Shown here: piece by piece, positions 47,968 to 63,106 of the stretch | Position numbering within the stretch: the stretch's first letter is position 1 | Layout: every line of letters starts with the position of its first letter | Origin: Monocercomonoides exilis PA203 | Taxonomy: Eukaryota > Protista > Preaxostyla | Length of the DNA: 64,000 nt | Assembly (NCBI GenBank): GCA_001643675.2 | Contig: LSRY02000018.1 | Location: forward strand, 806,001-870,000 | Direction: 5' to 3' | The notes under the pieces: model-generated | Databases searched by the model: none | What the model was told of the DNA's origin: nothing | Seen by the model: the letters and a program-made list of their open reading frames with translations, nothing else | Made by a program: the position numbers and the translations under genes

Positions 47968-50342
47968 TTATTGATTTCCTAAAAAACGAATATGTTCAGT
48001 CAATTTCCACAGAACAGTCGATGTTATCTTCATCTTCTCGTTGTTTGAGGAGTTGTTCATACTCTGACTTGAGTTTGTAACACCACACTTGATTTTCTCT
48101 TCCATCACTTTTCTTGTGCTCATATCTGTCTTTAATTGCCAATTGGAATGAGCGATCGTTCTTGTATTCAACTGGTCTTAAAAACAAAGTGCATCAGAAC
48201 ATCTCCACCCTTATTTGAGTTTATTGAAATGCTCCTGACAGAACACATCATTGACAGAGAGTGATGCTTCAATGATATATTCCTTTGCCTCCGTTGTTGG
48301 AATAGCTCTTGTGTTGAAATTGGTGAGATCTTTGCTGATGAAATAACAGAGAAGTTATTTATAGAATTCGTTGTAGAAAGAGTTTGTGAAATCCTTGAAG
48401 AATGTGAGATTGTTCTTGTATTTTGAGTTTCAATCACAAACAACATATCTTCTGTCACCAATCTCAATCTTTTCCGGGTATGTGTGATTTGTCACAAATA
48501 TGAAGTTAACAACGTTCTCAGCTGTTCTTCTTGGCTGATTCTTCTCATTGATTCTGATTGTTGAATCCGCGATTATTCTCTTCAATGCGTCAAAGTTAGC
48601 TGTTCGATCATCTCCAACATTCTTCAATTCGTTATGAACAATGAAAATTTTCTTTTCGACGATAGAGTTGAACTGTCCTGTCAGTTCTGCAATCTCTGTA
48701 ACATTCGGACATGAATATCCTGACAACAGTTCAGTTAGTTTATTTGTCCAGACATTCTTTCCAATACCTTGCAAACATTTGAGAACAAGTGATGTTTCTG
48801 CTTTTTTTCCCAGGATTTTGAACAATTGAAGAAATCAAACAGAGGATGTATTGATAGAGTTCTTCGTTGTCATTGGCAACAACTTTTCGTGTGAAATCAA
48901 AGAATGGTTTGACAATTTCGTTGTTTTGTCCGTTTGCCATTTGGTGTTTGAACTCATGGAACAGAGAGAATATTCGATAGTTATCTGAGAAGAACTTCAC
49001 ACCATCGATCGACAGAACATGTGAGTATTGTTCGAAAGCTGTCTCAACTGTGAGAGTCTTTTTATCATCATCCCAGAGTTTTATTGTTTTGAACAGTTCG
49101 AACATTGCTGATTTTGTCTTGAATGTTATCGAATAACAAGAGGAGTGAATGTCAAACTATTTCACAATGAATTCCATCCTTGCTTCAACAAACCTCAGAA
49201 CTTTTGTGAGATCTTCAGCGACTTCAGACAGAAAGGAGTATTGATTTCGACAAGCTTTATCCCTGATTTCAGAGAACGAGAATGATGAGTTGAGATTAAT
49301 TTCATGAACGGTAATCTCTCGTGGAGGTTCTCCCTTTCGCTCGTTTTCTTTTCTGAGGAGTGGAACGATCACTTCGTTGTTATATGTTGGATTCTATCTT
49401 ATGACAATTTTTTGTAGAACAAATGGATGTGACTTGTTATCTCTTTATCTGTTTCGTTTCCCTTCAAAGTGAGTGATTGCATTTGATGTTAGGGCAGCTA
49501 TCTCTCTGATTTGATTGAAAAGATAATCTATTGATTGGTTGTCGAAACCGTTAATGTTGACGAGAGAGTTGAGAGCTGCAAACAACGGTAAAAGAGTTAA
49601 CTCAAAATCAAGTGAAAGATAGCCTGTGTCGTTATGTATTTCAACATCTTTAAGTCCATTAACAAAAGCAAGAGCGACAGTTGGAGACATATCAACGATT
49701 CCATCTTGTGTGAGAAGATTATATGGTTCAGCTGCCATTGCTACTAATGAATTCTCTGTTTTGAGATCAATACCGAAGATGTTAAAAACACTCTCGAGTG
49801 ATGAAAGATCTCTGAGCTCTCTGTAATTGTTGAGGGAAATGTATTTGGTGATGATTCTTTTGCCATCTTTCATCTCTCTGAATGAAGAGTCAGCTTGAAT
49901 AATAAGCCTCTGTTTTCCATCTCCAATACCTGCAAAAATGTCGATATCGTACTCTCGACTCGTGAACACTTTTGTTTGTAAACAAATATTTGAAGCGATA
50001 ACCACACAGCTTGCAATAAATGAAAAGACCACAATGAGCTGTTTGCACAAGCCCGACATTTCGGGGGAATTTCTCGAGAATGGAATTCCTGATGGTTTTC
50101 GTTTGTTCAGCTTGAAGGGATTTGTTAATATCAACATCAATAACACAAAGATCCTCACATTTGCTGTTATCGATAGCTGTTCCAGTGTGTCGTTTGCCCT
50201 GCTTCTTGTCGGAATATTTCTTGAAGTCGAACAAATCAAAAATGTGATCTTTCATTCGTTCTCCCCGCGTTTGCTGCTCAGTTGAAATTGAATCGATTAA
50301 TTTTTGGATTATGTTTTCAGAGTCTGTTTGGGGCTCTGTTAT
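47968..50342 (-). pseudogene. Frameshifted primase-polymerase fused to an SF3/D5-type (DUF5906/NrS-1-like) helicase
   Basis: Successive minus-strand fragments. Prim-pol-like: LCVIDVDI and VQTAHCGLFIYC (compare DxD and TxxGGxHxY), then DIDIF. Pre-helicase: FSLFHEFK...VANDNEELYQYILCLISSIVQNPGKK. Helicase: Walker A LKCLQGIGKN, LTGQFNS, Walker B IFIVHNE, LKRII..STIRINEKN, motif C NFIFVTN and arginine finger DRRYVV. Confidence 0.8.
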
Positions 50343-50673
50343 TTTTTAAAAATTATAAAAACAAGTTTTTTTTTAAACGAAGATATTTTCTCAACGTCAA
50401 TTTATGTGGAAGATGACATTGAGGTTAATGTCGAAAATAGACGATAACAGTTAATTTTCACATTAATTGTATTTTGCCCATTTTGCTCAGTTTGACCGTT
50501 TGCCCACATTATCTCTAGAATGTTATTGACTCGGTGCACCCAGTGCAGGTGTAAAAGCACTGAGATTTGAGCTGATATTTCCACGCCACAGCATCCTAAT
50601 TATCTGCCCAATCCACCCAGTGCAAGCAATGACAGTTAACGCATTCAACCAAAAATATAAACAAACTTCCAAC

Positions 50674-50886
50674 TTAACCATTAACTTTTTCCATCAACTC
50701 ATCTAACTGCTCATCATCTTCGATAACCTTTCTCCTCAATAACTTAATCAATTTCTTCTGTTTCTCAGATACATGTTCGTTGTAATACTTAGTTTCTTCC
50801 CTACGTTTTTCCTGAAACTGTATAATCTGTTTCTGTTGAGCAGCCTTCGCTTCTTCCACAGTTGTGTATATCTTCTTCCGATCCAT
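50674..50886 (-). CDS. Small charged helical protein (70 aa) encoded in the right TIR
   Basis: Same ORF as in the left TIR; its TAA stop falls exactly at the inner TIR boundary. Confidence 0.6.
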   Translation of the reverse strand: MDRKKIYTTVEEAKAAQQKQIIQFQEKRREETKYYNEHVSEKQKKLIKLLRRKVIEDDEQLDELMEKVNG

Positions 50887-51659
50887 TTGCTATGAAGCAA
50901 AAACTTAATCTATTATTTTTATTTGCGATCACATCAACGATAACACACAATTTTCACACTAATATTTCCATCTTCGACACTTTCAGCTAATCTTTTAGCT
51001 AATCTCCTACTTGGACATATGATATATCAGCTATAGATACATATCGATTAACTCCTATCAATAACTCCTTCTTTATAGAACATCACTGAAAATCTAATCA
51101 TGATAAACCCCTAAGAATATAAGCAATAACTCTCGATCTCTATCTTATTATCATTGTTTATTCCAACTTATTAAACAAGATGATAACAGCCATCAGATAC
51201 ACATAAATAAATAATATTGATTGATCTTTATCGAGATGGATCTATAGCTGATATACCATATCTCTGACGTGTCGAATCAAGTTGTGTGTCTAAGGTTAAG
51301 ATACGGTGAATCGCAAATGATATAATGCTATTAATAAGGATTTTTGTGCAAAATGTAAAATTTTCATCTGTTGCAATATTATTTAACATAATATGGAAAA
51401 ATATTTCACTTCAGGGATTTTCATTTGAAAAAATATGCATTTTACACTGACTTTTTGAGTAAAAAAACACAACAAAAATGGGTCCATTTTTTGACATTCC
51501 TGAAATATTTGAGAACTTCATGTTTTGATTTCAACGATGCCTGTAAACGGATATGAAAATCAAATCTATTTTAAAATCTGATAAAGTTATATTAAGAAGT
51601 GAGTGAAACAATCTTTTCATGCTTTGTGCAAAAAAAAAAAAGCTCGAAAGTCCGTATTT
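50675..51659 (-). repeat. Right TIR (985 bp)
   Basis: Direct comparison with 46503-47487. Confidence 0.97.
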
Positions 51660-52663
51660 CTCCCCGTTTGGTCTAATTATAACAAGATTAACATCAATTT
51701 TTTCCCTTTCATTAATCAATGCTCCTTCAAAAATTCTCAGTTAATCCTCATTTCATTCTCCTCAGTATTTCTTTTTTTGCGCAAAAACCTAATTGTTTTT
51801 TCATATTTTCAGGGTGCTCTTTTTTTCTTCATTCTTTCATTCTAAATTTATGAGCAAATAACAAAACAATCTTTGTCCTTTATCCAATAGATATATTGGA
51901 AAGACCTGTTAGCAAATAAATTGGAATGAAACAAACCCAAAAAAAAGTTATGCAAAAGAATCTGAAATGCGGCGCTCATTAATAATTATTATTTGAAAAA
52001 ATTCGAATTCATGATGCTCAAATATTTTCCAAGTTCGTTTGATACTAAAGATTATTTTTTTCTTTCTATTTCTCAAATGTTTCTCTTTTTATTTCTTCAT
52101 ATCGAAACACTCAATTCATTGAACTCTCAACAATTTATGAGATATATATTTTCTGTCATTTCCTAATTATGAAAGATGGAATTCAAGCGAAATATTGCTT
52201 GCTTGTTTTCTTCTTCTTCATATCAAGCCATCAAACACTTTTGATCTCGAACCAGTAATCAGAAAAAAATGTTTATACATAATTTTGATATTTCAAAATT
52301 GAGAATTCCGATATACTTTCATTCTTCGTTTTATAAAACATAAAAAGAAACAAAAGAAACAGGAAAAAGAAAGAAAGAAAAACAATTTCACTCAAGAATA
52401 GTAAAAAGGAAAAGTGACTTGTCGCTCTGATAAATTGATAAACAAATCAATTAAATGTTTGTGAAATTAACACAATAGCAATATTAAATCATATTCGTAC
52501 AAACACAACATCAAAAAATTCTCAAACAAAACAATATTGAACTAATGAATAAATTATACATTCAAAAAGCTAATTTCAATTATTATTAAAAAACAATCAA
52601 AAATTTTGTAAATGAATTTACGAGCTTCATATTTCTCGATTTTTTCCACATATATAATTAAAT

Positions 52664-54540
<1,877 letters not shown>

Positions 54541-55080
54541 TATTCAGATAATCCAGAAAATTGAGATTATATTGATCTTAAATATTATATTTTATTCTTT
54601 TTCTAAACTTGGGATAATGAGAAAAATGAATAACGATGTTATTTATGTTTAGATGATTCACAAACTGTTTTTGCTCTTGCAATATCAACTATCTTACAAT
54701 TACTCTCTTTTTATCTTTTTTCCAGAAATAATTATCTTTCAAGAACTTCAACAAAAGATTTCAGACTATGAGGAAATACATTTATTGACAAACAATTGTT
54801 AAATATTGGATGAAATCAAAAAGTGTGCAATAATAATATCCACACTTATTTTTGATGAATGTTGTTTCATTCCCTTTTAATTATGTGACTGCAACAAAAA
54901 TGTTTACATATCAAACGCAAGTTTCTATTTTCTATCAACAAAAAATCAAAATAAAAAATAAAAAATACTAATAATAACAAGCAAAAACTGAAATGAGGAT
55001 TTGGATACATATTCATATTTAAGCATTGACACATAAACATTATGACAAACAAAGAATCCGTCACCACTAATTTACTCATT

Positions 55081-56267
55081 TTATAATCTTCTTAAAATCC
55101 AAATAATAATCCAAAATACTAATAAAATACTAACTATTCGAAGGTGAAGTGGATATTCGTTAAATCTGTTCCATAACGATAATTGTGTTCTCTTTTCTTT
55201 ATGGATTTTTTTCCCCTTTGAATCTTGCCCAGTTTGATGTGAACTTTTGGAAGAAGCAGGGTGAATTGAAGAAGATAAAGAAGAGGATGATGCAGAGGAG
55301 GATGATGAATTGAAAGAAGACGAATCAGAAGACGATTGGATATGACGCTGAGTTAGCACAGAATCTTTTCTTTCTTTCTCTTCTTCTTCATCTTCTTGAT
55401 TCAATTTTTTTTCATCTGCTATTTGTTGAATAGCTTCATCGTCCTTTATTTCTTCGCCCTTGCTATTGATGGGCTCTTCATGAAACGATATTGAGCAGCT
55501 TTCTATTTTTTGTTCTTTTTCTGTTTGTGATTCACTTTGTTTTTCAGATTCAGTTTTTGCTGAGTTTTCAACATTTAGTTTTCTGTATTCGGAGTTTGAA
55601 AGGAAAGTTGAATGGTCCATTCCGCATATTGAACATTTGAAATTTTTTGATCCAAAAGCCAGCTTTTTACATTCCTGCTCTGAATAATTCAATGCTCCAA
55701 CTCCACCCGCTGCATTTTCAGTGAAAAATGAAGCTATTGCAATTAGAATAGTACGAACTTTCATTATTAAAAAAAAGCAGTAATGTGCTAACCAAAAATT
55801 GAGCAAAATATGCACACTATCCCAACTGGCTCTCCATTCTTCGGGGTGAAAGCTTGTTACTGTGAGGCAAACCTTTGTGTGAGTACTAAATCTGCCGCTT
55901 GGAGCTACATCAAATATAATCATAAAATCAAACTAATAAAAATTTCCAAACTCAAAAACATAAGCTCCGGAGGCTTGTAAGGATATTCGGAAGGAAGACG
56001 AAGACGTCCATGGTATAAGCCTTCAGAATATGGACTATCTGGTGGACCGCGAATAGTGAAGTGAATTTCAAACTTCATTTAGATTAAACAATATTAAATA
56101 TGCATTAGAACTTCAAAAAGAAACAGATTAAAGCAAATTATACAAACAATATCGTCATCCAATGGTTTTGCGTAAAATTCTTTATCGGGCCCACATATTT
56201 TTGTCAATTGTTTAATTTCCTGCATAATTCTCTTTATAGAAGGATTTTTAGCATTGTACATCGCCAT
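55081..56267 (-). CDS. UBE2J1: Tail-anchored ubiquitin-conjugating enzyme, Ubc6/UBE2J family, multi-exon
   Basis: MAMYNAKNPSIKRIMQEIKQL, HFTIRGPPDSPYSEGLYHGRLRLPSEYPYKPP, PSGRFSTHTKVCLTVTSFHPEEW (active-site Cys) and a hydrophobic C-terminal anchor. Confidence 0.9.
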
Positions 56268-56424
56268 GGTTCACGAAGTTCAAAAACTTAATATAAACCT
56301 TAATTTTTTTAAACACTCCAATATTTTTGTTGCAATGGAAATTGGATATACTGATAATAAGGCTTGAAGAAATGAACATTTGAATAAGAATTGGTTATGA
56401 TCATGCCTTAATAAATTATTCAAA

Positions 56425-57030
56425 ATGGAGGAACAAAGAACATCTTTACCTGATTCTAATGATAAACCTAAAAAAGAAAGCACTGTTGAGCCTGCTGTAG
56501 CTGAGTTATTTGACGAGTTGAAGCAAGTTTCGGATGGATTATTGACGTGTTTGATAACTTAAATGAATTATAATAAAAATTTCATAAAAATTTGTAATTT
56601 TAATATCTCTCGCATGATGAATACATTTTATAAATAAAAAACATATATTTTCTTCTATTCAGCTTCACATGAAAACTTTTCGCTTTTGACAAAAATGAAT
56701 GAAATGACTGCATCTCAATACTCTCAATCTGCTGATGAACTTGAAAAAAGTGGAGAAGTGCTTGGACAAGTGTTTGAAAAACGTATGTTTTTATAATATT
56801 TGGATCTTATTCATTTACGGTTGCGGACTTTCGAATTTTCTTCGAAGTTCAACTTTTTCAACCTCATTTTGATCAAATTGAACAGATTGAATTCAGCATA
56901 TCAAATCTTGAATCTCTTGCAAAATCTCTTGATGACTATTCAAAGCTTCTTGGTATGAATCACTTGCTTATAATTTCTTTAATTATATTATAATTCAATT
57001 ATCTCAGAGCTCAGATTTAAGCGTCTTTGA
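56425..57030 (+). CDS. BLOC1S2: BLOC-1/BORC subunit BLOS2-like protein, 4 exons
   Basis: Exons 56425-56548, 56663-56782, 56848-56952 and 57008-57030 splice in frame to ...SSHENFSLLTKMNEMTASQYSQ...FQPHFDQIEQIEFSISNLESLAKSLDDYSKLLELRFKRL*. This matches the BLOS2 pattern (LLENMN; LQPYLDQI; LDAYSKKLEAKYKKL). Confidence 0.85.
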
Positions 57031-57261
57031 AGATTTTTTCTTCTTCATATTTCTCTACAATTCGAATAACAAGTGGGTAAATTGGATTGTTTCGTTGTTA
57101 CCTGATTGAAAATTTGTATTTTTGTTTATTTTTTTGATTGAATTCATTTCACATTTATTTAATGTTTTAAAACATTTACATATAAATTACATTATTGATT
57201 TGAAGAGAGAAAACATTGTTTATCACACTCTTTTGGATCAGACCAAAATGAAAATTTTGAA

Positions 57262-59260
57262 ATGTTTCATCTTTTCATAAATTGTTTAATTATATCCGTT
57301 TTTTCACAAAATACAACATGTGATCTCAAGGTGGTGGATTTTGTATGTGGTACGGGATCTGGGTGCGTTAATGGAACTTGTGGCAAGTGCATTGATGACT
57401 CACATTGTAGCGAACAATCTTTTTGCAACAATGGTGTTTGCGAGCATAGAGGCTTGTTTCCATTGAGTGGCTGGACGGCAATAAGCATAATAGGTTCATT
57501 TGGAATTTCAATCCTCGGGGGTGCAACTGGACTCGGTGGCGGATCATTTGTTGTTCCAGTTTTGTGCCTTTGCTCTGGATTTACATCCACCCAAGCTGTA
57601 GCCATTGCGCAGGTTTTTTGTTTTATAATTTTTAGAGTGAAATTTGTTACCTGGTTTTGAAAATGTTCTTCTATTATGTTTTTAATTGTAAAAGGCAACA
57701 ATTTTTGGTAATGGAGTTGTTGCATTTATTAATGGCATATTTGGACGTCATCCCACAAGAAATAGACCAAGAATTTCATTTGATATATTGTTTGTAATGT
57801 TTCCCTCTTTATTGGCCGGCTCGTTTTTGGGTGTTTTCGTGGCTCCTCTTGTTCCACAATTTGTAATTACCATCTTGCTTTGCTTCTTTTTAATATCAAC
57901 TTTGGTGAGAACATTGCAAAAAGCAATTCGTGAATTCAAAAAAGAACAGCAGATACGCAAGGCCCAAAAGGCTGAGATGGAAGCCAAAAAAGATAGCTCT
58001 GTTACTGTTCCACCAATCAACAACGAAGATACGAGCTCAAATTCTTCGAGTGACAGACAAAGCGCAAATTCAACACAGTGCCAAGCGAATTCCGATCTTC
58101 ACGAGGGAAATTTAGTTGAAGCTTCAGAAAGCTCCTCTGAAAATCGTGATGCGTCTGAAATTGTCCAAAAGTCTGACTTGGATAGCATAGAAAAAGGAAA
58201 AAGCGAAGAGAAGCAGATAAACGAGTTTCTGCAGAGCAGCTATGAAATGGAAGAGATGACTTCTTCCCAGCCAGCATATTGTCGGAAACGTGACGGTTCT
58301 ACAGCCCAAGAGACATTCACTGTTGATACCGAGAATTCATCCACTTCACAAAATAGTCCCCCCTCTGAATCTTCAGCGCAGCGGACATCACATCTCACTG
58401 ATGGTTCGCATGCTAACAATGACTCCGCGGCATCTTCAAGCTCATCAGAAGACGAGCAAGACAATTCACATCCTGCTGTATCTCCTTCTAACACTCCTTT
58501 GATCGACGAATCTCTTTCCCCTGAGCAACAGGCCCAGCTCGCCAAGATGCTCAAAAGCGAGGCACATCCTCCCATTTTGAAGCTCCTGTTCTGCATAGCA
58601 GTGTGGGCGACGATGATCGTGTTTTCCTTCGCGCGCGGCGGCAAAGGCGGAACTCCGTCGCTGTTTGGCGTGAAGCGCTGTGGCTGGGTCGACTGGTTTC
58701 TGTTTGCGCTATATCTGGTGCTTTCCCTTGCGCTTGCTGTGTTCGCAGGGTTTGTGTTAATCAGAGAGCACAAGACGAAAAAACAGTTGCACTACCCCTT
58801 TGCCGATGGTGATGTGCAGTGGCGCGTGAAGACAGCGGTGCTTTATCCGCTTTTCTGCATTCTCGCCGGTTTTCTGGCAGGCTTTTTGGGAATTGGCGGG
58901 GCGCTTGTGACTTCGCCAGTGCTGATGGAGATGGGGGTGATTGTGCCTGTTGTCACTGCCACAACCTCAGCGTTGCTTCTGGCCACGTCCTCGGCATCGA
59001 CTGCGCAGTATGCAGTCTCTCTGTTTCTGCCGTATGATTGGGGTTTGTTCTTCTTTGGGTTGGGGATACTGGGATCGCTGGTGGGCACACTTGTGATTGC
59101 GAGGCTGGCGATCAAGTACCATCGATATTCAGTCCTTTTGTTCTCGATAGCGCTGTTGTTCTCGATTTCTCTGATTATTTCTGGATTCCATGGGATTTAC
59201 ACGATTGTGCTCATCATCATACACGGAGGGAGAGTTTCGTTTTCTTCACCTTGCAAATGA
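57262..59260 (+). CDS. TauE/SafE (DUF81) sulfite-exporter-family membrane protein with an N-terminal Cys-rich domain
   Basis: Paired motifs GATGLGGGSFVVP and AGFLGIGGALVTSP, plus RPRISFDI, PSLLAGSFLG and ATATTS. One intron at about 57613-57693. Confidence 0.88.
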
Positions 59261-59719
59261 AAAAAAAAAAAGAAAAGAAAAGAAAAAGTCTTTCTTTTAT
59301 TCCTCGTCTTTCATTTCATTTTACGTGCTTATGCATTTATAATTTTTTTTCGAGTGCATGAACCACGTAATGCTTATATATTTAAATGTGTATTTTTCCG
59401 CTGTTCCTTGTTTTTAAGAGTTCAAAAAGTTTTTTTCTTTTAATTTTCTATTCATACAGAAGTAATTTGACTGTTGTTTTCATTTGTTAAATATTTATAT
59501 TTTTTGGCATGTGATTTTTTAATTTGTAATTCTGATTATTTTGTTGTTATCTTTGAAGAATTTTGGTGATTTCTTTTTCGTAATAAAACCTTATGTTCAG
59601 ACATTTTTCGATGTATCTTTTGTCTTTTTTTCCATAAAACTGTTAAAACGCATTGCATGAATCAGCCTATCTATAGTGCAGTGCAGAAAAGTCAAAGAAA
59701 GCATTGTGAAAGTTTTATC

Positions 59720-59776
<57 letters not shown>

Positions 59777-60834
59777 ATTTCTTTCGATTTAATTCATCTC
59801 TTTTAAATTTGTATTTTTTTGTTAAAAAAAAAAATTAAAAATGAAAAATGAAATTGTTCGTGAAAACAAACTATTTTTGACAAAGGAAAAAAAATTCATT
59901 TTCGAAAATAGCAAACGCACAATATGAGAGCAAATAAGGTCAAGAGGTGCAAAAAATGACCAAAAAGTTGATAAACAGAGCTTAAAAGAAAAGAGAAAGA
60001 AAGAGCTTTTGAGAGACTATCATTCTAGAAAATGCACATCATTGAATGTGGCAATGAAAATAAAGCGGAGATTTATTAAACAAAAGAATTCGTCATTACA
60101 TATTGAAAAATTTCAAACGAAATTTGATAAAGTTATGAGACAAGCAGAAACAAAAAATTGTAACAAAAAAGAATAAAATAAACACATGAACTTAAAATTG
60201 AAATCTCTAATATAAATAGATACTAGAACAACAAATATAATTCAAAACAATTCTTTTTTCAGAAATAAATGAAAACAGTTCAAAATATACATAAACATAT
60301 TCATAGAAAAGTTCAGTGAAAAAAGTCAACGAATGATCAAAATACAAGAGACAAAAGAATCTTTCACTCTCAAAGCTTTTGATGTATTCAAAAATACATC
60401 AAAAAGAAGGTGCATTTCATTGCTTTCTTGAGCGATTCCTGTGAAGGAGAAATTTCACAGACTCAAAAAAAGCATTTGACAAAAGATTAAAAGAAATTTA
60501 GCAATTATAAAAAGAGAATAAAAATTGTTTCATTCAATTTGAAAAGAACAGAAAATAAATAGACAAAATGTTTGAAACAAAAAAAAAAAAAACGTTTAAA
60601 ATAGAAAAACATATTCAAGCAAAGTTTTGCTCAAAACTTCGCAAACAAAATTGATAAAACATAAAATGCAACATACAAATGGAAGTTCAACCAAAAACAT
60701 TCAAAAAATTCGCTCAGCATTTATTCTTTGAGCATAACCAAACATAAACTAACACTTAAAAAGTAAGTTATCAAGGCCTTAAGTTATAAAATAAATTCTA
60801 ACATTTCTAAGGCACCTTCGTTGCTACAATATTC

Positions 60835-63106
60835 TCAAATAAAAAACTGCATAATAAACGTTGCGATCCCCCATAAAATGAGAAACCCATGAAACACTAC
60901 AGTTGCAATGAGTTTTGATTTGCTCTTCAAATCATGTACTTTATCTAAGAATTCAAATAAATATTCATTTTGAAATTGCATTTCGAAAACAGAATAGAAA
61001 AGAAAGAAATTATTTTTTTATTTTCTAAATTTAAAAAAAATAAAAAAAAAAAAAAACATTTAAATAGAATAATTCCAAAATTTAAAAATAAATAAATAAA
61101 TAAAGACTTTACAATAAACAAACCTTTATGATAACTCTTAATGTACAGAACAATATGGCAGAAGCACGGAAGGCTGTAAATATAAACACATCCGCAAAAA
61201 CTGCCGGCAAAACGCAGCACATTTCCAACAGATGGATAAAACACTGCAACAAGCGTTGTAACAGCCACAAAAATAAGCGAAAACGGAATAACATGAAACC
61301 AAAACGATAATTCTATTTCATCTTCATTTTTTTCTTTCTCTTTTTCTTTTTCTTTCTCTTTCTCCTCTTCTTGTCTCTCAACCTCATCTTTCTCTATTTG
61401 CACTTCATTTTCCGTCTTCATTTCTATTTTATACTCATTCATTTCGGTTTCCTCTTCGTTTCCATTCGGTTTTTGGCATTCATTTTCATCTATTGTGATT
61501 GAAATGCAATTTATCGCCTGTATTGCCTTCTTCTCATTTACACTATTATTCTCAGTGTTTGGAGTAGGCTTGTTTGTTGAAGAAGAAGATACAGAAATGG
61601 AATGTTGAAAAGAAGAATCAGTAATGCCATGAGATGAATGAGAAGAAGATGGAGAAGGGTGGAGGCACGCAGAATCAAAACAGCCTTCCGCTGTTAAATC
61701 ACCTTCAATATTCTGCAAATGGTGAGCAGTCATTCCTTCAAATGGCAAAGTTATCTGCTCTGAATCAGCCACCTCAAACCCCTCTTTGCACTCTGCCTCA
61801 ACATCTTTCGAAATGTCTGTGCAGACCGAAATGAATCTCTCATTAAAGACACCTTCAGCACCATTCACTGCTTCCTGTTCTCTCGAAAAGAAGGAAGGAT
61901 GCTGGCCACATTCACAGGAAGAATCGATGCTAATTTGAGACACTTCCTTTTCACTGTTCTCTTCTTTGTTACAAATCTTGGTGCAATTGCTGCGATTATC
62001 GATTCCAACGATACTGTTAATAGCATCACTGTTTCTATTTTCCTCCATCTCTATCTCACATTTTTCTGCATTAACTTCCATTTTTCTGGATCGGCATGAC
62101 CATAAAAGAACACATCTTGGACAGAATGCAGCAAATATTGAAGAGCGCATTGATCGGAAAATGACAGGAAACGTCACCAGCATCTGAAAAATAAGGCTGA
62201 TGCGTGCAATAATGGCAACAACGCTGCCGGACGCGAGCATCATCAGGTAATTGTCAAGAATCGGCACATTCGTCTCACCAGTGTGTGGGTTTGTGAAGTG
62301 GTGGAACCCAAAATAGCCTGTTACGCCCACAAGCGCATACAACACAATATCTACCGTAAATCCTAAGACTATGTCTCGTTCGTCGTTTTTTGGATTTTTG
62401 GAATTGAGAAATATTGAAGGAATGATACTGTGAATGAAAAATGACATTGATAAAACGCCAAGCGAAGAAGGAAAAGTTGGTTGACACAAATCAATCAATT
62501 CATTATGAAAGCCATGAGGCGGTGCCAACCCAGTTATAACAATAATGACCGAAACAACAATGACAGATATAATTCCGAATGATGAACCTTTTATTAAGAT
62601 TGATTGATTTGGTATCAGAACAAGTCCAAAAAGAATAACGGCAATAAAAACTGCGGACATTTTTGTATTCCACCATATTCCCACTTTAGCATTTGCAAGA
62701 TTACAAATGGCTCGAACAATCTGCTCAAAATTCTGAGCAAGAAAAATATGTAAAGCAATTATGGCGACGAGAAGAACAAGTGCCGTAACTCCTCGAGCAA
62801 CATAATATCCAGATTTCCCAAAAACTTCCCTGCAACGAATTGAAAAATCAGATGTGCCCTTGCTGTTGCGCAAAACTAAAATTGCAGTGTAGCATGAAAT
62901 GTACCCTGTGAACAAAACAAAAAATATTCCCAGAGCAAGGCCAGCCTTCGATATTACTTTAAAGAAGTATCAGAATTAAAAAAATTTTTTTCATTCAAAA
63001 GAATAATCAAACCCCATGGAAGAGTCACAACAGTTGAGCCTATCATCAAAGTTGATATTGAAAAGATATTTGTAAAGCTGCTGTGTTTGTTACTTTTTGA
63101 ATTCAT
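60835..63106 (-). CDS. SLC38A9: SLC38A9-like amino-acid transporter, 3 exons
   Basis: IFSISTLMIGSTVVTLPWG / AGLALG, LGVLSMSFFIHSII...NDERDIVLGF, ARISLIFQMLVTFPVI, VLRFAGSFCGCVYIYSLP, and a last exon ending HGFLILWGIATFIMQFFI* (TGA 60835-60837). Confidence 0.8.

Larger units (their letters stand above)
46503..51659. mobile_element. Linear element of about 5.15 kb with 985-bp terminal inverted repeats and a decayed primase-helicase gene
   Basis: 46503-47487 is the reverse complement of 50675-51659, and I see only one mismatch (A46517 vs G). The ends can be read as TA|CGGACTTTC...GAAAGTCCG|TA. Confidence 0.9.

Noticed and set aside
46503-51659. Calling the long-TIR element a canonical Polinton/Maverick
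   Set aside because: No pPolB, integrase, packaging ATPase, protease or capsid remnants are visible, there are no AG...CT termini or 6-bp TSD, and it is much shorter than typical Polintons.
56824-56834. CGGACTTTCGA matching the element terminus
   Set aside because: It is only 11 bp inside a short BLOS2 intron with no further similarity, so it is probably chance.
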